Shown in pieces: positions 29,723-38,824 of a stretch of 64,000 nucleotides of DNA; the first letter of the stretch is position 1, and each line of letters starts with the position of its first letter. A model generated the notes under the pieces. It had not been told where the DNA came from, did no database searches, and saw only the letters and a program-made list of their open reading frames with translations. The translations under genes were made by a program, and so were the position numbers. The DNA comes from Alkalispirochaeta sp. (GTDB taxonomy: Bacteria > Spirochaetota > Spirochaetia > DSM-27196 > Alkalispirochaetaceae): positions 4,224,001-4,288,000 of the forward strand of contig OZ271854.1 in assembly GCA_965601925.1 (NCBI GenBank). Reading direction: 5' to 3'.

Positions 29723-31882
29723 ATGGATGAGCTTTTAGAACGCCTTAACCCCGAACAGCGCGAGGCGGCGACGACGATCGACGGCCCGCTTCTTATTATC
29801 GCCGGCGCGGGCAGCGGCAAAACCGGTGTGATAACCACACGCATAGCATACATGATCCTGCAGGGCGTCGACCCGGCTTCCATACTCGCTATGACCTTTA
29901 CCAACAAGGCCGCCGGAGAGATGCAGGAGCGCGTTCGAGAGATCCTCCAAGGTATCGAACAGAGCGGAGCGCTCCCAATCTGCGGTTCCCCGCGGACACA
30001 GGTTGTGTCGGCCGACGACAAACAGTCACGCCCCCTCACCGCCAAGGCGGCCGCCAAAGCGTTAACGATCAGCACCTTCCACGCCTTCGGGTTGTCGGTC
30101 CTGCGGCGCTACGGAAGAACGCTCGGCTATCGCCCGGCCTTCACCGTCTATGACGTCGGCGACCAGATCGCACTTCTCAAGGAAGCGGCCAGAGAACTAC
30201 GCATCAATCCGGAGGACCTCGAGATTTATACGGTGCTCCAGCTCTTCTCAGGCGTAAAAACCGGACGCGTGACCTGGAACGATGAACGATGGTACGAGAT
30301 GGCGGGCGCAATCGGGCCGAACGGCGGTGTACGCGGAGTCTCGACGTTCCAGGAGCTCTACCGCAGCTACCAGGAGCATCTGGTCACCTTCAACGCGGTG
30401 GACTTCGACGATCTCATCGTCAAACCGTTGGAACTCCTCCGCGAGCACCCGAAAATACGCGGTTACTACGCCGATCACTACCGCTACGTCATGGTCGACG
30501 AGTTTCAAGACACCAGCACGATCCAGTATCGCGTGCTCTATCAACTCACCCACGAGTGGAAAAACGTCTGCGTCGTGGGCGACGACGATCAGTCTATCTA
30601 CAGCTGGCGCGGGGCGGACTACACCAACCTCGAGAACTTCGAGCGTGACTTTCCACATTTCAAAGAGATCAAACTGGAGCGGAACTACCGCTCCACGGGG
30701 CAGATACTGCAGGCGGCCAACGCGGTGATCGCCAACAATACCAATCGCAAGGTCAAGGAACTGTGGACGCACATCGACGCGGGCAATTTAATCGAACTTT
30801 CGTTCCCCGACGACGACGGCGAGGAGGCGCAGTTCATCGCCGAGAAAATCAAGCTCCTCGCCTATCGGGAGAGCCTCACCTACGACTCATTCGGGATTCT
30901 CATCCGCACAAACAGCCAAGCCAGGGTGATCGAGGAGGCGCTGTTGGAGGCCGATCTCCCGTATCGCATGTCCGGCGGTCAGAGCTTCTTTCAACGCAAG
31001 GAGATCAAGGACGTCGCCGGCTATCTGCGGGTGATTCTCAACCCCGACGACGACGTGAATCTCCTACGAACGATCAATACGCCGCGCCGAGGCATCGGGC
31101 GGCGCACCGTCGAGCAGCTCCACACCGTCGCCGACGGGCGCAAGATATCCCTCTACTCAGCGATCAGCCTGGTGATCCACGGCGAGATTCCGCAGCAGGA
31201 ACATGGAATCGGTAAGGCCGCTCTCGGTAGCCTCGAGGAGTATGTGGAGCTTATCGAGCGGTATCAACAGCGGTTCGAGGAGAGCAAACACATCGCCGCC
31301 ACGACCCAGCGCTTGTCGGACGAACTCGACTACTGGGGCTACCTTGTCCAGGAACATCAGAAGAGCGAACGTACCGCCAAGGCGAAATGGAAAAACATCG
31401 GCTTCTTCATCCGCTCCATCGACCGCTACGAAACGAATCCCGACGTGCTGGCGCCGTCGCTTCAAGGCTATCTCAACCGTATCAGTCTGCAAACGCGCGA
31501 CGAGTTGTCGGACGAGGAGACGAAGGGGAAGGTGCACCTCATGACGATTCACGCGGCCAAGGGGCTCGAATACGACATCGTATTTCTTGCGGGGGTCGAA
31601 GAGGGCATTCTCCCCCACGCCCGCAGCGTGGAGGAGAACGACGGCAACGTCGAGGAAGAACGTCGCCTCTTCTACGTCGCGATCACCCGGGCGCGCCAGC
31701 GACTCTACATGACGACGTGTCGCCGACGGCAGGTTCAGAACGAAATTGTCGAGTCCTCTCCCTCCCCTTTTATTGAGGAGATCCCCGCCGAGCTCCTCGA
31801 AAAGACCGCCACCGACCCGACCGCCGGCCTCGACACGCCCGCCGACCCCTTTGCGGCGCTTAAGGCGCGGTTCGGGGAATGA
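29723..31882 (+). CDS. UvrD/Rep-family ATP-dependent DNA helicase
   Basis: AGAGSGKT, TFTNKAA, VDEFQDT, VGDDDQSIYSWRGA, NYRST, TIHAAKGLE and EERRLFYVAITRA motifs. Confidence 0.95.
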   Translation: MDELLERLNPEQREAATTIDGPLLIIAGAGSGKTGVITTRIAYMILQGVDPASILAMTFTNKAAGEMQERVREILQGIEQSGALPICGSPRTQVVSADDKQSRPLTAKAAAKALTISTFHAFGLSVLRRYGRTLGYRPAFTVYDVGDQIALLKEAARELRINPEDLEIYTVLQLFSGVKTGRVTWNDERWYEMAGAIGPNGGVRGVSTFQELYRSYQEHLVTFNAVDFDDLIVKPLELLREHPKIRGYYADHYRYVMVDEFQDTSTIQYRVLYQLTHEWKNVCVVGDDDQSIYSWRGADYTNLENFERDFPHFKEIKLERNYRSTGQILQAANAVIANNTNRKVKELWTHIDAGNLIELSFPDDDGEEAQFIAEKIKLLAYRESLTYDSFGILIRTNSQARVIEEALLEADLPYRMSGGQSFFQRKEIKDVAGYLRVILNPDDDVNLLRTINTPRRGIGRRTVEQLHTVADGRKISLYSAISLVIHGEIPQQEHGIGKAALGSLEEYVELIERYQQRFEESKHIAATTQRLSDELDYWGYLVQEHQKSERTAKAKWKNIGFFIRSIDRYETNPDVLAPSLQGYLNRISLQTRDELSDEETKGKVHLMTIHAAKGLEYDIVFLAGVEEGILPHARSVEENDGNVEEERRLFYVAITRARQRLYMTTCRRRQVQNEIVESSPSPFIEEIPAELLEKTATDPTAGLDTPADPFAALKARFGE

Positions 31883-32069
31883 TACGGCGCGTCTCGAACC
31901 CGTCTTGGATGAGGGCTCCCCAAGGCGCTGTTCTCGAGTGAAACAGACCGACGTGAGTGATCGTCGTACATCCGTCGAGTCGGCGGTGCCGGCGGTCCAT
32001 TACCGTACAGGGGACTCGCACCGACGGCTCGGCCATTTCGCTTGACGCAATGGTAACGCTGCGTTAGCC

Positions 32070-32083
32070 TGAGGTAGTTCTCA
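32070..32083. promoter_or_regulatory. Putative TetR operator TGAG-N6-CTCA at the promoter
   Basis: TGAG-gtagtt-CTCA beside TTGACG(32042)-17-TAGCCT; the same motif occurs at 35809-35826 and 35843-35856. Confidence 0.55.
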
Positions 32084-32097
32084 TATTATAAAATCTT

Positions 32098-32814
32098 ATG
32101 GACCAGCATCCGGATAAGCGACAGAATACCGATACGAGCGTGCAATACGCTCATAACCCCACCGAACGAAAAACGGGAAACAGGCGTAAACCGACCGGCG
32201 AACGGGGAAAACGGAAGCGAGACTTAATCCTCGACACCGCTCTCGATCTTCTCCTATCGGCCGGTCTGGAGGCGATCAACACCAACGCATTGGCGGCACG
32301 CGCCGGCATCGCGGTAGGCTCCATCTATCAATACTTTGCCAACAAAGAGGAAGTGTTAGCCGCATTGGCGGAACGATACTTCAGAGAAATGGGGAGCAAC
32401 ATCATGGCGGCCCTGCAACGCGACATATCGGGTCTCACGATCGAAGAGGTCGTCGATCAAGTCGTCGATCCGATGGTCGCGTTTGAACGCAAACATCCCG
32501 CCTTCGGACAGCTGTTCGCCGGTTCGGAGTTGAGCAGCATGCTCACCGAAGGCGTTATCTCTATCGATCGAGACATTCTCGCCGCCATGCGCAACGCGCT
32601 GCTCACGTTCAATCCGCAGATGGATGCTACGATCGTCCGGAGGGCGGCGCAAATGATGAAGGCGTTGTACAAGGGAATAAGCTATCTGATTCAAAACGAG
32701 CACAACGCCGCCCAGCCGGAAGCGCGCGAAGACTCAGATGCGATCATCGCGGACATGAAACGCTTTATGGTATCTTATATGAACGAATGCCTCGAGGACT
32801 CTCCTTCGTCATAG
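32098..32814 (+). CDS. TetR/AcrR transcriptional regulator
   Basis: ILDTALDLL...INTNALAARAGIAVGSIYQYFANKE HTH. Confidence 0.92.
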   Translation: MDQHPDKRQNTDTSVQYAHNPTERKTGNRRKPTGERGKRKRDLILDTALDLLLSAGLEAINTNALAARAGIAVGSIYQYFANKEEVLAALAERYFREMGSNIMAALQRDISGLTIEEVVDQVVDPMVAFERKHPAFGQLFAGSELSSMLTEGVISIDRDILAAMRNALLTFNPQMDATIVRRAAQMMKALYKGISYLIQNEHNAAQPEAREDSDAIIADMKRFMVSYMNECLEDSPSS

Positions 32815-32984
32815 TCTTTGCTCCAGCCGTCTTCAAGCGGAACACCGACGCTCCCATGGGGAGCTGGGAGCTGCTCACTCGGCCGGTCTCTGTAGCGCCG
32901 GCGCCTATCCACATGAACCGGTCGTATGTATCGGTACGCTCGCGCACCTTTACCGCCTACGGACGTTGTTTCGCGGTAGGACGC

Positions 32985-34532
32985 TCAAAAGAACAACTGA
33001 ATGTAATCCGATTCTAACGCGTTCTCCGAACCACCCGGATCGGTAAATGATATGTCGACGAATATGTAGGTAACCGGTCCGCCGACGTCTATCGTCACGC
33101 TATTGCCGCCCTCTCCATTCAGCTCCCCAAAAACGAGACCACCGACTTCGCTCTCAACCATGAAGAGACCGCTCACCTCGACGTAATTCGGCGGCGCGTC
33201 CCAACTCACCAGGAAGGTCCCGTCCGGCTGCTCCGCAACCTGCAGGTTCGGCTCGGGAATCTGCCGTAGTTCCAGGGACCTGGTCCATGTGTTGTGCTTT
33301 CCATTTTGGAAGTAATGAACCTCAAATTGGTAGATACCGTTTTCGGTAACCTCGTATGAGTCGCCGGGATAGACGCCTCCCTCGCTGTCGTACTCGGTAA
33401 CGGCGCCCGATGGATCGCTCGCGTCCTCCCAATAGGTAACTCTGACCAGACGCCGACTTCCGGGCACAAAGTTGTCCCAACTCACGTCGATATTCTTGTA
33501 GAACTGTCGTGCATGACCGCGAGAGGTAAACGCGTCTCCCTGCGAAGAGAAGTCGATGGTCGGAGTTGGCGGCTTGATGCCGAACGCGACCGAACTTGCG
33601 TTGGTTTGATCGCCCCGGGTATAGGTCACCGTCAACGCGTAGTCGCCGGCGATCTCCAGTTTGGTACCCGGAGAGAATCCCACTACCGGCTCTCCTTCGC
33701 GCGTTAGTGCCGCCGTGGTGACAATGTCCGTCGACGGCGGCGGTACGATCCACGACGGGAAACGCGGCGGCGAGTAATCGTATGGGACGCTCTGAACTCC
33801 GGTAATCACCGGCGCCGGAACGCCGTCCGATATTGAGATCGTAAAGGGGTAAAACGCCGTCGTCGTGCCGCCGTTCCGACGGTAGGTAATGAGCGCCAAA
33901 TAGCTTCCGTTCCGTGAGACGATCGTGCCGGGTGCGTAGAACGTTCCGTTGTCATACGCCCACTCCTCGTCCGACAGCGCACGCTTGAGGACCGCAGTCG
34001 CGACGGCGTCCGGCTCGTCCGGGACGGTTAGGCTCCATGTAAACGAGATCGGTTCGCCGTACACGCCGTTGCGCTCGATCCCCGTCACGACAAGGGGGCT
34101 CGCGGACTGGCCCGCGGGAGAGAGGATCTTGAACTGGTACATCTTCTCTTCGATCGTTCCGTCACGGTCCAGTTCGAGCGTGACCTGGTACTCGGCGCTC
34201 TGTTCGTCCGGTTTCAGATCGATCTGATACCCGTACGATACTTCGAAAAACGCTTCGCCCGCCGCAACGTCGCGCACGAACGCGCGAACCGACGTCGATT
34301 CGTCCTCGGTCCATACGAGCGTCACGCCGGAGTAGTACTCCCCGCCGCTCTCGATACCGTCCAGCTCACCGGCCGCTCCCGGTTCGGGCTCGCCGTCGAC
34401 GGGCGGCTCGTCTTCCGGGATAGTTGTCCCCGATGAGCCGTCATCCAGGAGATTCATACACCCGTGCAAAAAAAAGAGAACGCAGACGATGTATGCGACG
34501 AAACGAACCGTTTTCACTATGAGCCCCCGCAC
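32985..34532 (-). CDS. Acidic lipoprotein with tandem Ig-like beta modules
   Basis: Signal with LHG-C lipobox; Pro/Glu-rich linker; repeated (I/V)TG(I/V)..G..Y....W...PG......G.Y.L units. Confidence 0.65.
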   Translation of the reverse strand: MRGLIVKTVRFVAYIVCVLFFLHGCMNLLDDGSSGTTIPEDEPPVDGEPEPGAAGELDGIESGGEYYSGVTLVWTEDESTSVRAFVRDVAAGEAFFEVSYGYQIDLKPDEQSAEYQVTLELDRDGTIEEKMYQFKILSPAGQSASPLVVTGIERNGVYGEPISFTWSLTVPDEPDAVATAVLKRALSDEEWAYDNGTFYAPGTIVSRNGSYLALITYRRNGGTTTAFYPFTISISDGVPAPVITGVQSVPYDYSPPRFPSWIVPPPSTDIVTTAALTREGEPVVGFSPGTKLEIAGDYALTVTYTRGDQTNASSVAFGIKPPTPTIDFSSQGDAFTSRGHARQFYKNIDVSWDNFVPGSRRLVRVTYWEDASDPSGAVTEYDSEGGVYPGDSYEVTENGIYQFEVHYFQNGKHNTWTRSLELRQIPEPNLQVAEQPDGTFLVSWDAPPNYVEVSGLFMVESEVGGLVFGELNGEGGNSVTIDVGGPVTYIFVDISFTDPGGSENALESDYIQLFF

Positions 34533-34756
34533 CGTTTATTCCTGAGTGAAACATACATCAATATGAGGATTTCTCAAGCAAATACGAGTTTTTTTCACAA
34601 AAGGCTGTGCGGGTTAACGGACGACCCGGCCCCGCACGGTCGCGTTGAGACCGCGCCCGCCGCATACAAAGCCGCGTGGGCCGGCACCTGCGTAGTCGCC
34701 GCTGCCGTGCTCCGATACCGTTGCGTCACACCCCGCCGGTACGGACGCTCCGCCGC

Positions 34757-35764
34757 TTAGGCGATGTATCCGCGATCGCGGTACCAGGCCACCGTGTCAC
34801 TGAGCGTTTCACTCAGTGGACGAAAAGTCGCATCGAGTTCCCGCTCGGCCTTTTTGGAGCTGAGCACCGCCTTCTCCATGAGTGTTTTTATTCCGTCGAC
34901 GGGCATCCGGCTTGTGCCGCCGGTCATGCCGGCCCATGCATCGGAAAGATGCGCGACCGCCATCGCCAACCATCCGGGAAGGCGCATCCCCGGTACCGCT
35001 GCGCCCGTTATCTCCGCAACACCCTTCGCGATATCTTCCATCGTCGCCGGCGGTCCCGTGACGATATAGCGCTCCCCCCGCTTTCCCCGCTCGGCGGCGG
35101 TTGCGGTCGCCGAGGCGACGTCACGAGCGTCGGCGAGAGATGCACCACCGTCGATAAGACCGGGTAATCTCCCCGCGATGAGATCGAGGATCAGCTGCCC
35201 GGCCGACGTAGGTGCCGCGTCGCCGGGACCCATCATCCAGCCCGGGAGAATCATCACCACGTCCATACGACTCGACGCCAGGAAGTCGTAGATCTCCCGT
35301 TCGGCCATCACTTTAGTCTTGAAGTAGAGGTTCTTCTCCGCAAATGAGCTGTAGGGGGACGACTCATCGACGGCTTCACCGGGCACGGTCTGTATTACCC
35401 CACTGGACGAGGTAAAGACCGTCCGCGCGACCCCGCGTGCATCGGCCTCGCGCAATAATTGCATGGTCGCGTCGACATTGATCCGTTTCATCCTCTCCCA
35501 GTGGTCGCCCGGTTGATAATACTCTCTGAAAAAAGCCGCCGTATGAAAGACCGCGTCGACGCCGTCGAGTGTGGAGGCAAAGGACTCGACGCGCTCCATA
35601 TCGCCTTCGACAAACTCGATACCGTCGACGTCCAGGAAACGACGCGCCTTCTCGAGGGAGCGTACCAACCCTTTGACGCGCCACCCGCGCCCCGCCAACT
35701 CACGACAGATATTCCCCCCTAGAAGTCCCGTCGCACCGGTTACCAACGCCGTCTTCTCGCTCAT
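34757..35764 (-). CDS. NAD-dependent epimerase/dehydratase (extended SDR, DFR-like)
   Basis: LVTGATGLLG, VFHTAA, FTSS and YFKTK (YxxxK) motifs; GAGGAG SD. Confidence 0.88.
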   Translation of the reverse strand: MSEKTALVTGATGLLGGNICRELAGRGWRVKGLVRSLEKARRFLDVDGIEFVEGDMERVESFASTLDGVDAVFHTAAFFREYYQPGDHWERMKRINVDATMQLLREADARGVARTVFTSSSGVIQTVPGEAVDESSPYSSFAEKNLYFKTKVMAEREIYDFLASSRMDVVMILPGWMMGPGDAAPTSAGQLILDLIAGRLPGLIDGGASLADARDVASATATAAERGKRGERYIVTGPPATMEDIAKGVAEITGAAVPGMRLPGWLAMAVAHLSDAWAGMTGGTSRMPVDGIKTLMEKAVLSSKKAERELDATFRPLSETLSDTVAWYRDRGYIA

Positions 35765-35808
35765 ATACACACTCCTCGGCGCTTGATGGGCGCCGTTCGT
35801 TATAGTAT

Positions 35809-35856
35809 TGTGAGTAACAACTCACATCCAAGCGAGAATATATGAGTAAAAGCTCA
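35809..35856. promoter_or_regulatory. Two putative TetR operators between the divergent SDR and tetR genes
   Basis: TGTGAG-taacaa-CTCACA (35809-35826) and TGAG-taaaag-CTCA (35843-35856, over the start codon). Confidence 0.6.
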
Positions 35857-36513
35857 CATAGTCAAGACGATTCGGGTCGACCGGAGACGCGGCGAGAACC
35901 GGTCGGCTCACGCGGGAGACGGCGTTGGACGCTCATCCTCGACACTGCGGCCGACTTACTGAACGAAGGCGGCCCGGAGGCGATCAATACGAATGCGCTG
36001 GCGGAGCGCGCCGGCATCGCGGTGGGGTCGGTGTATCAGTATTTCTCCAACAAAGAGGCCATTTTGGCCGCTCTCGGAGAACGATATCTCGCAGAGCTTG
36101 GAAGTAACACCGTTACGGCTCTACAGCAAGACCTGTCGGGTCTTCCGGTCTCCGAGATCGTAGATCGCGTTATCGATCCCATGGTGGCGTTCGAGCGTCG
36201 TCATCCGGCCTTCGGACAGCTCATTGCCGGATCGGACCGCGGGGGGACGCTCGCGGGTGGGGCGAGTCGTATCGATCGCGAAATTCTCTCTACGATTCAC
36301 GCCTTACTCACGACCATGAACCCCGTATTGGATGAGCCTTCGGCGCGCCGTGCCGCGAGAGTAACGAAAGCGCTGTACAAGGGGATCAGTTATCTGATTC
36401 AGAGCGGGGATGGAATGGAGGACGGGAGCGATGCTGACACGCTCATTGCGGACATGAAGGAGGTAATGGCCATCTACATCGCCGGACGCCTCGGACTCGA
36501 CAAGGGCGTATAG
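35842..36513 (+). CDS. TetR/AcrR regulator, close paralogue of 32098..32814
   Basis: INTNALAERAGIAVGSVYQYFSNKE; DPMVAFERxHPAFGQL and KALYKGISYLIQ shared with the first copy. Confidence 0.92.
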   Translation: MSKSSHSQDDSGRPETRREPVGSRGRRRWTLILDTAADLLNEGGPEAINTNALAERAGIAVGSVYQYFSNKEAILAALGERYLAELGSNTVTALQQDLSGLPVSEIVDRVIDPMVAFERRHPAFGQLIAGSDRGGTLAGGASRIDREILSTIHALLTTMNPVLDEPSARRAARVTKALYKGISYLIQSGDGMEDGSDADTLIADMKEVMAIYIAGRLGLDKGV

Positions 36514-36603
36514 TTTCCGCTCCGCGCATCGACTCCATGTCCGGCAATCGTTACCCGCCGAGTCGTACGTTTCTCTTTCGCCGTCGCGGGAGACGCGCCG
36601 CAA

Positions 36604-37530
36604 CTACCTCGACGTAGCCGAGCCGGTGCGTACCGTGATTCTTCCCGAGATGAGGTCCTCCGTTACTTGCGCGATCTCCTCTTCGAGCCCCTCGGGTAGG
36701 TCGTTATGTGAGAACGGCGCGAGTCGTATCGCATCGGTGGCCAGACCGAGGTTGACTTCCGTTCCGATCGACTTCCTGCGTTCCAGGATATCGCAGCTGA
36801 TCTCTATGACCGCGCGGTCGATCCGCTTTAACATCGACGTGATGACGTTGCGCGGCGCTAGAAAACTTTGATCGCGGTCGACACCGATCACCTTTTTTCC
36901 GAGATCTTTCGCCGTACGAATAACACCACGCCCGGCGGCTCCCGCGGCGTGGAACAGCACGTCGCATCCTCCGGTGTACATCGCCTCCGCCGTGTTTCGT
37001 CCCGCTTGAAAGCTGATGAAACTCCCGCAGTACTCCACGCGCGCCTCTACTCCCCCCACATACTCAACACCTTGAACAAAGCCGTTGGAGAAACGGTCCA
37101 TGAGATCCCCGCGCACTCCGCCGACAAAGCCGACCGTTCGCGTCCTGCTCGATCTGGCCGCAACTACTCCCGCCAGAAATGAGCCGTGATGCTCGTCAAA
37201 ACGCACCGATACGACGTTGGGAGGAAGGGGATCGAACGACATGTCCACCGTACAAATCAGTATCCTGGGAAAGCGTGGAGCGATGAACTCCACCGCTTCC
37301 TGTGTACCGTAGCCAACCGCCCAAATGAGGTCGAAGCCCGAATGTGCGAGGTATCGAGCGTTCATGAGCGTGTCCTGCTCTTCGTCGGACTCCAGGATCG
37401 TCGTGTGATACCCGAACTCCTCGTTGAGCGCCTTGAGACCACTCCAGGCCGAAAAGAGAAAAGCAGAATCGTCCAGGCGACTTACGCCGGAGATCATGCC
37501 TATCGACGAGCGCGTTTCTATACCGGTCAT
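36604..37530 (-). CDS. BMP/PnrA-family substrate-binding protein lacking a signal peptide
   Basis: DDSAF...AWSGL, GSFLAGVVAA, VGFVGG, DVLFHAAG, VIGVDRDQ and TSMLKRID motifs. Confidence 0.82.
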   Translation of the reverse strand: MTGIETRSSIGMISGVSRLDDSAFLFSAWSGLKALNEEFGYHTTILESDEEQDTLMNARYLAHSGFDLIWAVGYGTQEAVEFIAPRFPRILICTVDMSFDPLPPNVVSVRFDEHHGSFLAGVVAARSSRTRTVGFVGGVRGDLMDRFSNGFVQGVEYVGGVEARVEYCGSFISFQAGRNTAEAMYTGGCDVLFHAAGAAGRGVIRTAKDLGKKVIGVDRDQSFLAPRNVITSMLKRIDRAVIEISCDILERRKSIGTEVNLGLATDAIRLAPFSHNDLPEGLEEEIAQVTEDLISGRITVRTGSATSR

Positions 37531-37636
37531 GCCTTTTTGTCCGACACCTTCGTTAAGTTGGTGTTACGGATCGGTCATTCCTTTGTTAGCGTGTAGTAGG
37601 CCGTTCCGGCCAAACGCGTAGGCGACGGTATGAGGT

Positions 37637-38092
37637 TTACCGCACGATGCGTCCCAGACCGAATCCGCCTAATGCACCGAGGGTCGTACCGATGCCGGTC
37701 GTGATACGACTCCATCGCAGCCGGGACTCAAGGCTCGCCACCTCCGCTTCGTGTTGCATGCTCAAGTCCCTCAACGATCCCGATAGCTGCTCGGATAAGA
37801 TCTCCGATTGTGCGAGCTCCTCCGATAGCCTCTTCGAGGTCTCTTCCTGCTCGCTCAACAGCTGCCTCAATAGCCTGATTTCGTTCTCGTAACTCAGAAG
37901 CGTCTGCAGTTGCTCGTTCGAGAGCATCTCGGCTTCGAGCAAGATCCTCTTCAGCTCGGCGAGCGATGATCTCGTACTGTCCGGCCGCTCTTGCGCGTGG
38001 GCCCCAGACGGCCCACCCAATACCAACACCGAGACCGCAAGCCAGTACCAACGCCGCGACCATCCACCTCGTCTGCATCCTCGCCTCCTCAT
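37637..38092 (-). CDS. Signal peptide, coiled coil and C-terminal Gly-rich hydrophobic tail (ORF B of the nested pair)
   Basis: ATG overlaps the amidase stop (ATGA, 38092-38089); MRRRG..WYWLAVSVLVLGGPSGAHA|QE signal; heptad-like L/E-rich core; ends ITTGIGTTLGALGGFGLGRIVR. Confidence 0.6.
   Translation of the reverse strand: MRRRGCRRGGWSRRWYWLAVSVLVLGGPSGAHAQERPDSTRSSLAELKRILLEAEMLSNEQLQTLLSYENEIRLLRQLLSEQEETSKRLSEELAQSEILSEQLSGSLRDLSMQHEAEVASLESRLRWSRITTGIGTTLGALGGFGLGRIVR
37728..38078 (-). CDS. N-terminal TM plus coiled coil, i-spanin(Rz)-like (ORF A, nested inside ORF B)
   Basis: Strong SD GAGGAGG before ATG 38078; WMVAALVLACGLGVGIGWAVW TM followed by an Ala/Glu/Arg-rich helix. Confidence 0.6.
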   Translation of the reverse strand: MQTRWMVAALVLACGLGVGIGWAVWGPRARAAGQYEIIARRAEEDLARSRDALERATADASELRERNQAIEAAVERAGRDLEEAIGGARTIGDLIRAAIGIVEGLEHATRSGGGEP

Positions 38093-38625
38093 CTGTACGC
38101 TCCTATCTCGCGGACGAACTCGGTCCAGTCCGCACCGTTGTCGACCATCCATAGGGGACACCGTTTGCCGGTGCAATCGTAGTGGCGCAGAATGTGCGAC
38201 TCCGTCGTGATGCCGTGTCGGTGTATGATATCGGCGGTGAGCTCCACCGCCGCGTTCCACGTGGCACGCAAAAAAGCGCCCGACGCGTCGGGGTGACACA
38301 ACTCGATGCCGATCGTGCGCCAATTGGGCTTACCGCCGAGGCGCGTCTCGACCTCGCGTCGCGTTCTGCTCGACGGTCCGGCGTGCCACGCGACCTCATC
38401 CTCGGGAATCATTTGGATGATCTCTCCCTCCAAACCGATTACGTAGTGCGCCGACGCGTAGCGCCCCGGTTCGGTTCTCGGGAGTGCGTCGAAGTAGTCC
38501 CGGATCCGCTGCGCCGTGGCTCCCGGCCATTGCACGTAGTGAATCACCACGCCGGTGACGCGTGGAAGAGGCTGTCCCGGGCGGGTATGCGTATCGACGG
38601 CAATGTGCTTCCTTGCAAGGGTCAA
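38089..38625 (-). CDS. N-acetylmuramoyl-L-alanine amidase (Amidase_2/PGRP-like), endolysin-like, no signal peptide
   Basis: GVVIHY, ASAHYVIG, EVAWHAG, NWRTIGIELC and ILRHYDCTGKRCP (His/His/Cys zinc ligands); start uncertain (TTG 38625 likely; frame open to 38763). Confidence 0.85.
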   Translation of the reverse strand: MTLARKHIAVDTHTRPGQPLPRVTGVVIHYVQWPGATAQRIRDYFDALPRTEPGRYASAHYVIGLEGEIIQMIPEDEVAWHAGPSSRTRREVETRLGGKPNWRTIGIELCHPDASGAFLRATWNAAVELTADIIHRHGITTESHILRHYDCTGKRCPLWMVDNGADWTEFVREIGAYR

Positions 38626-38824
38626 ATGTGTGCTCGCTTTCGTTCGTTTAACAATCTTACATATTATAACCCGAACGTCACTTTGGGAAAAACCAACCTC
38701 ACCGATAGAATTTAACATTTCTTCTTCAAGATTATCCTTACCGACTTGACCCGGGCGGCGCATCCCGTCGATACCGGAGCGCTGTCAATCGAGTCGCCCC
38801 TGTGATATGATCCCGCGGCATAGT

